A DNA stretch of 63,864 bases from an uncultured Planctomycetia bacterium (GTDB lineage Bacteria > Omnitrophota > Gorgyraeia > Duberdicusellales > 4484-171), in NCBI GenBank assembly GCA_964483625.1, contig CAZABB010000007.1, positions 1 to 63,864 of the forward strand. The letters run 5' to 3'. Below, in pieces: positions 63,121 through 63,864 of this stretch (positions within the stretch are counted from its first letter, which is position 1; every line of letters begins with the position of its first letter). Position numbers and translations under genes: made by a program. The notes beneath the pieces were generated by a model that had not been told where the DNA came from, did not search any database, and worked only from the letters and a program-made list of their open reading frames with translations.

Positions 63121-63864
63121 GCCTTCACTCCCGGCCGGGCATCCATATGTTCGACATCCAGCTTTTGATCGGCATAAACGTTCATATGAATTTTTTTATC
63201 TTTCACCTGTACGACTTCCTCCCTGGTAATTCCGCCGTCACAACATATCTGACAGGGTTTAAGATAAAGCCTTTGTTTGTTCTTCATCAGACGGCGCAAG
63301 CGCACAAAAGCCTCACCCCTCCATATCTGCCGCAAAGAATTCTCATTTACGTCACCCAGGATGTTCCCTTCGAGATAATCGCTGTGACACTGGGAAACTC
63401 TACCATCCCACATAACACACATTCTCTGCCAGGGTGATTGGCAGATATAAGAAGGATCGTGTTTGAAATCTCTTTGCTGATCGGATCGTATTTGATCGGC
63501 GATAAACGAAATTTTATCGGCGATGGGTTTAAAAAAATCAAGATACTCACCGGGATTATCTTTTATTGCCGACCATATCGATTGGACACGAATGAGTGGC
63601 TTCGATAATCCCTGTCGGTTACGAGAATCACGAATATATTTTATGTTTTCTATCACCTTTTCAAACCTTGCCGGATAACGGATACGTTCGTAAATCTCTC
63701 CTAACCCGTCAAACGAAATACTGATCCAGTCAAGGCCGGCATTGATCAATTGATCAATCAACTCAAAATTCAACCGTTCACCGTTCGTCAAAAAAGCCAC
63801 ATCCTTAATCCCCTTTTCTTTGGCATAACGCACCATATCCACAATGCGCGGATTAAGAAGCGGC
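63117..63864 (-). CDS. Radical SAM/SPASM-type enzyme, C-terminal part (5' end beyond the right edge)
   Basis: The frame stays open upstream of the listed GTG: ...PLLNPRIVDMVRYAKEKG, which is the GEPLL region of a radical SAM core. The C-terminal Cys-rich domain is CQSPWQRMCVMWDGRVSQCHSDYLEGNILGDVNENSLRQIW...CQICC. The CX3CX2C motif must lie outside the window. Confidence 0.7.
   Translation of the reverse strand, partial: PLLNPRIVDMVRYAKEKGIKDVAFLTNGERLNFELIDQLINAGLDWISISFDGLGEIYERIRYPARFEKVIENIKYIRDSRNRQGLSKPLIRVQSIWSAIKDNPGEYLDFFKPIADKISFIADQIRSDQQRDFKHDPSYICQSPWQRMCVMWDGRVSQCHSDYLEGNILGDVNENSLRQIWRGEAFVRLRRLMKNKQRLYLKPCQICCDGGITREEVVQVKDKKIHMNVYADQKLDVEHMDARPGVKA

Noticed and set aside
1-63864. 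Mobile elements or defence systems (integrase, transposase, restriction-modification, toxin-antitoxin, Cas, abortive infection)
   Set aside because: I looked through every listed ORF and the gaps and recognised no such signatures. The only mobility-like trace is the duplicated tRNA-Leu 3' end.

Overview
This is a 63,864-bp bacterial window (standard code 11). Coding is almost entirely on the minus strand, about 60 CDS. The only plus-strand coding sequence is a truncated FkbH-like remnant.

Left ~8.5 kb (housekeeping and sensory):
- A comEC (5' part, runs off the left edge)-comEA-leuS-nfo operon.
- A tRNA-Ala(GGC)/tRNA-Leu(CAA) pair, followed by an exact 24-nt duplicate of the tRNA-Leu 3' end.
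- A CHASE2/degenerate-GGDEF/HD-GYP sensor.
- A prepilin-type protein with an acidic tandem-repeat tail.

From ~8.6 kb to the right edge (>55 kb) everything looks like surface-glycan biosynthesis:
- A carbamoyltransferase/SxtJ-like/DUF5989-like triad.
- Two Wzy_C-family membrane proteins.
- A WbaP-type initiating phosphotransferase and a WecG/TagA transferase.
- A bi-domain oxidoreductase with an AsnB-type amidotransferase.
- Then a ~40-kb run of 38 genes (23363 to the right edge) with no gap larger than 45 bp.

That run contains two nonulosonic-acid modules (NeuC/NeuB, and PseG-like/NeuB-family), three cytidylyltransferases, three sulfotransferases, three radical-SAM enzymes (two SPASM, one B12-type) and two SAM methyltransferases. 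It also holds a fused transketolase, an aldehyde dehydrogenase, two DegT aminotransferases, two GNATs, a PIG-L deacetylase, at least six glycosyltransferases and an MsbA/PglK-like ABC exporter. I consider this hyper-decorated (sulfated, methylated, N-acyl-edited) nonulosonate glycan operon the best candidate for an undescribed system.

I recognised no integrase, transposase, CRISPR array, rRNA or defence genes. Intergenic DNA is scarce but unusually repetitive: it carries 7/14/21-bp-phased short tandem repeats and a recurring GATTACGGTGATT box in the 5' regions of minus-strand units.

All functional calls come from motif recognition by eye on the supplied translations and on my own translation of unlisted frames. 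No database searches or computations were run, so family-level calls are more reliable than substrate-level ones.
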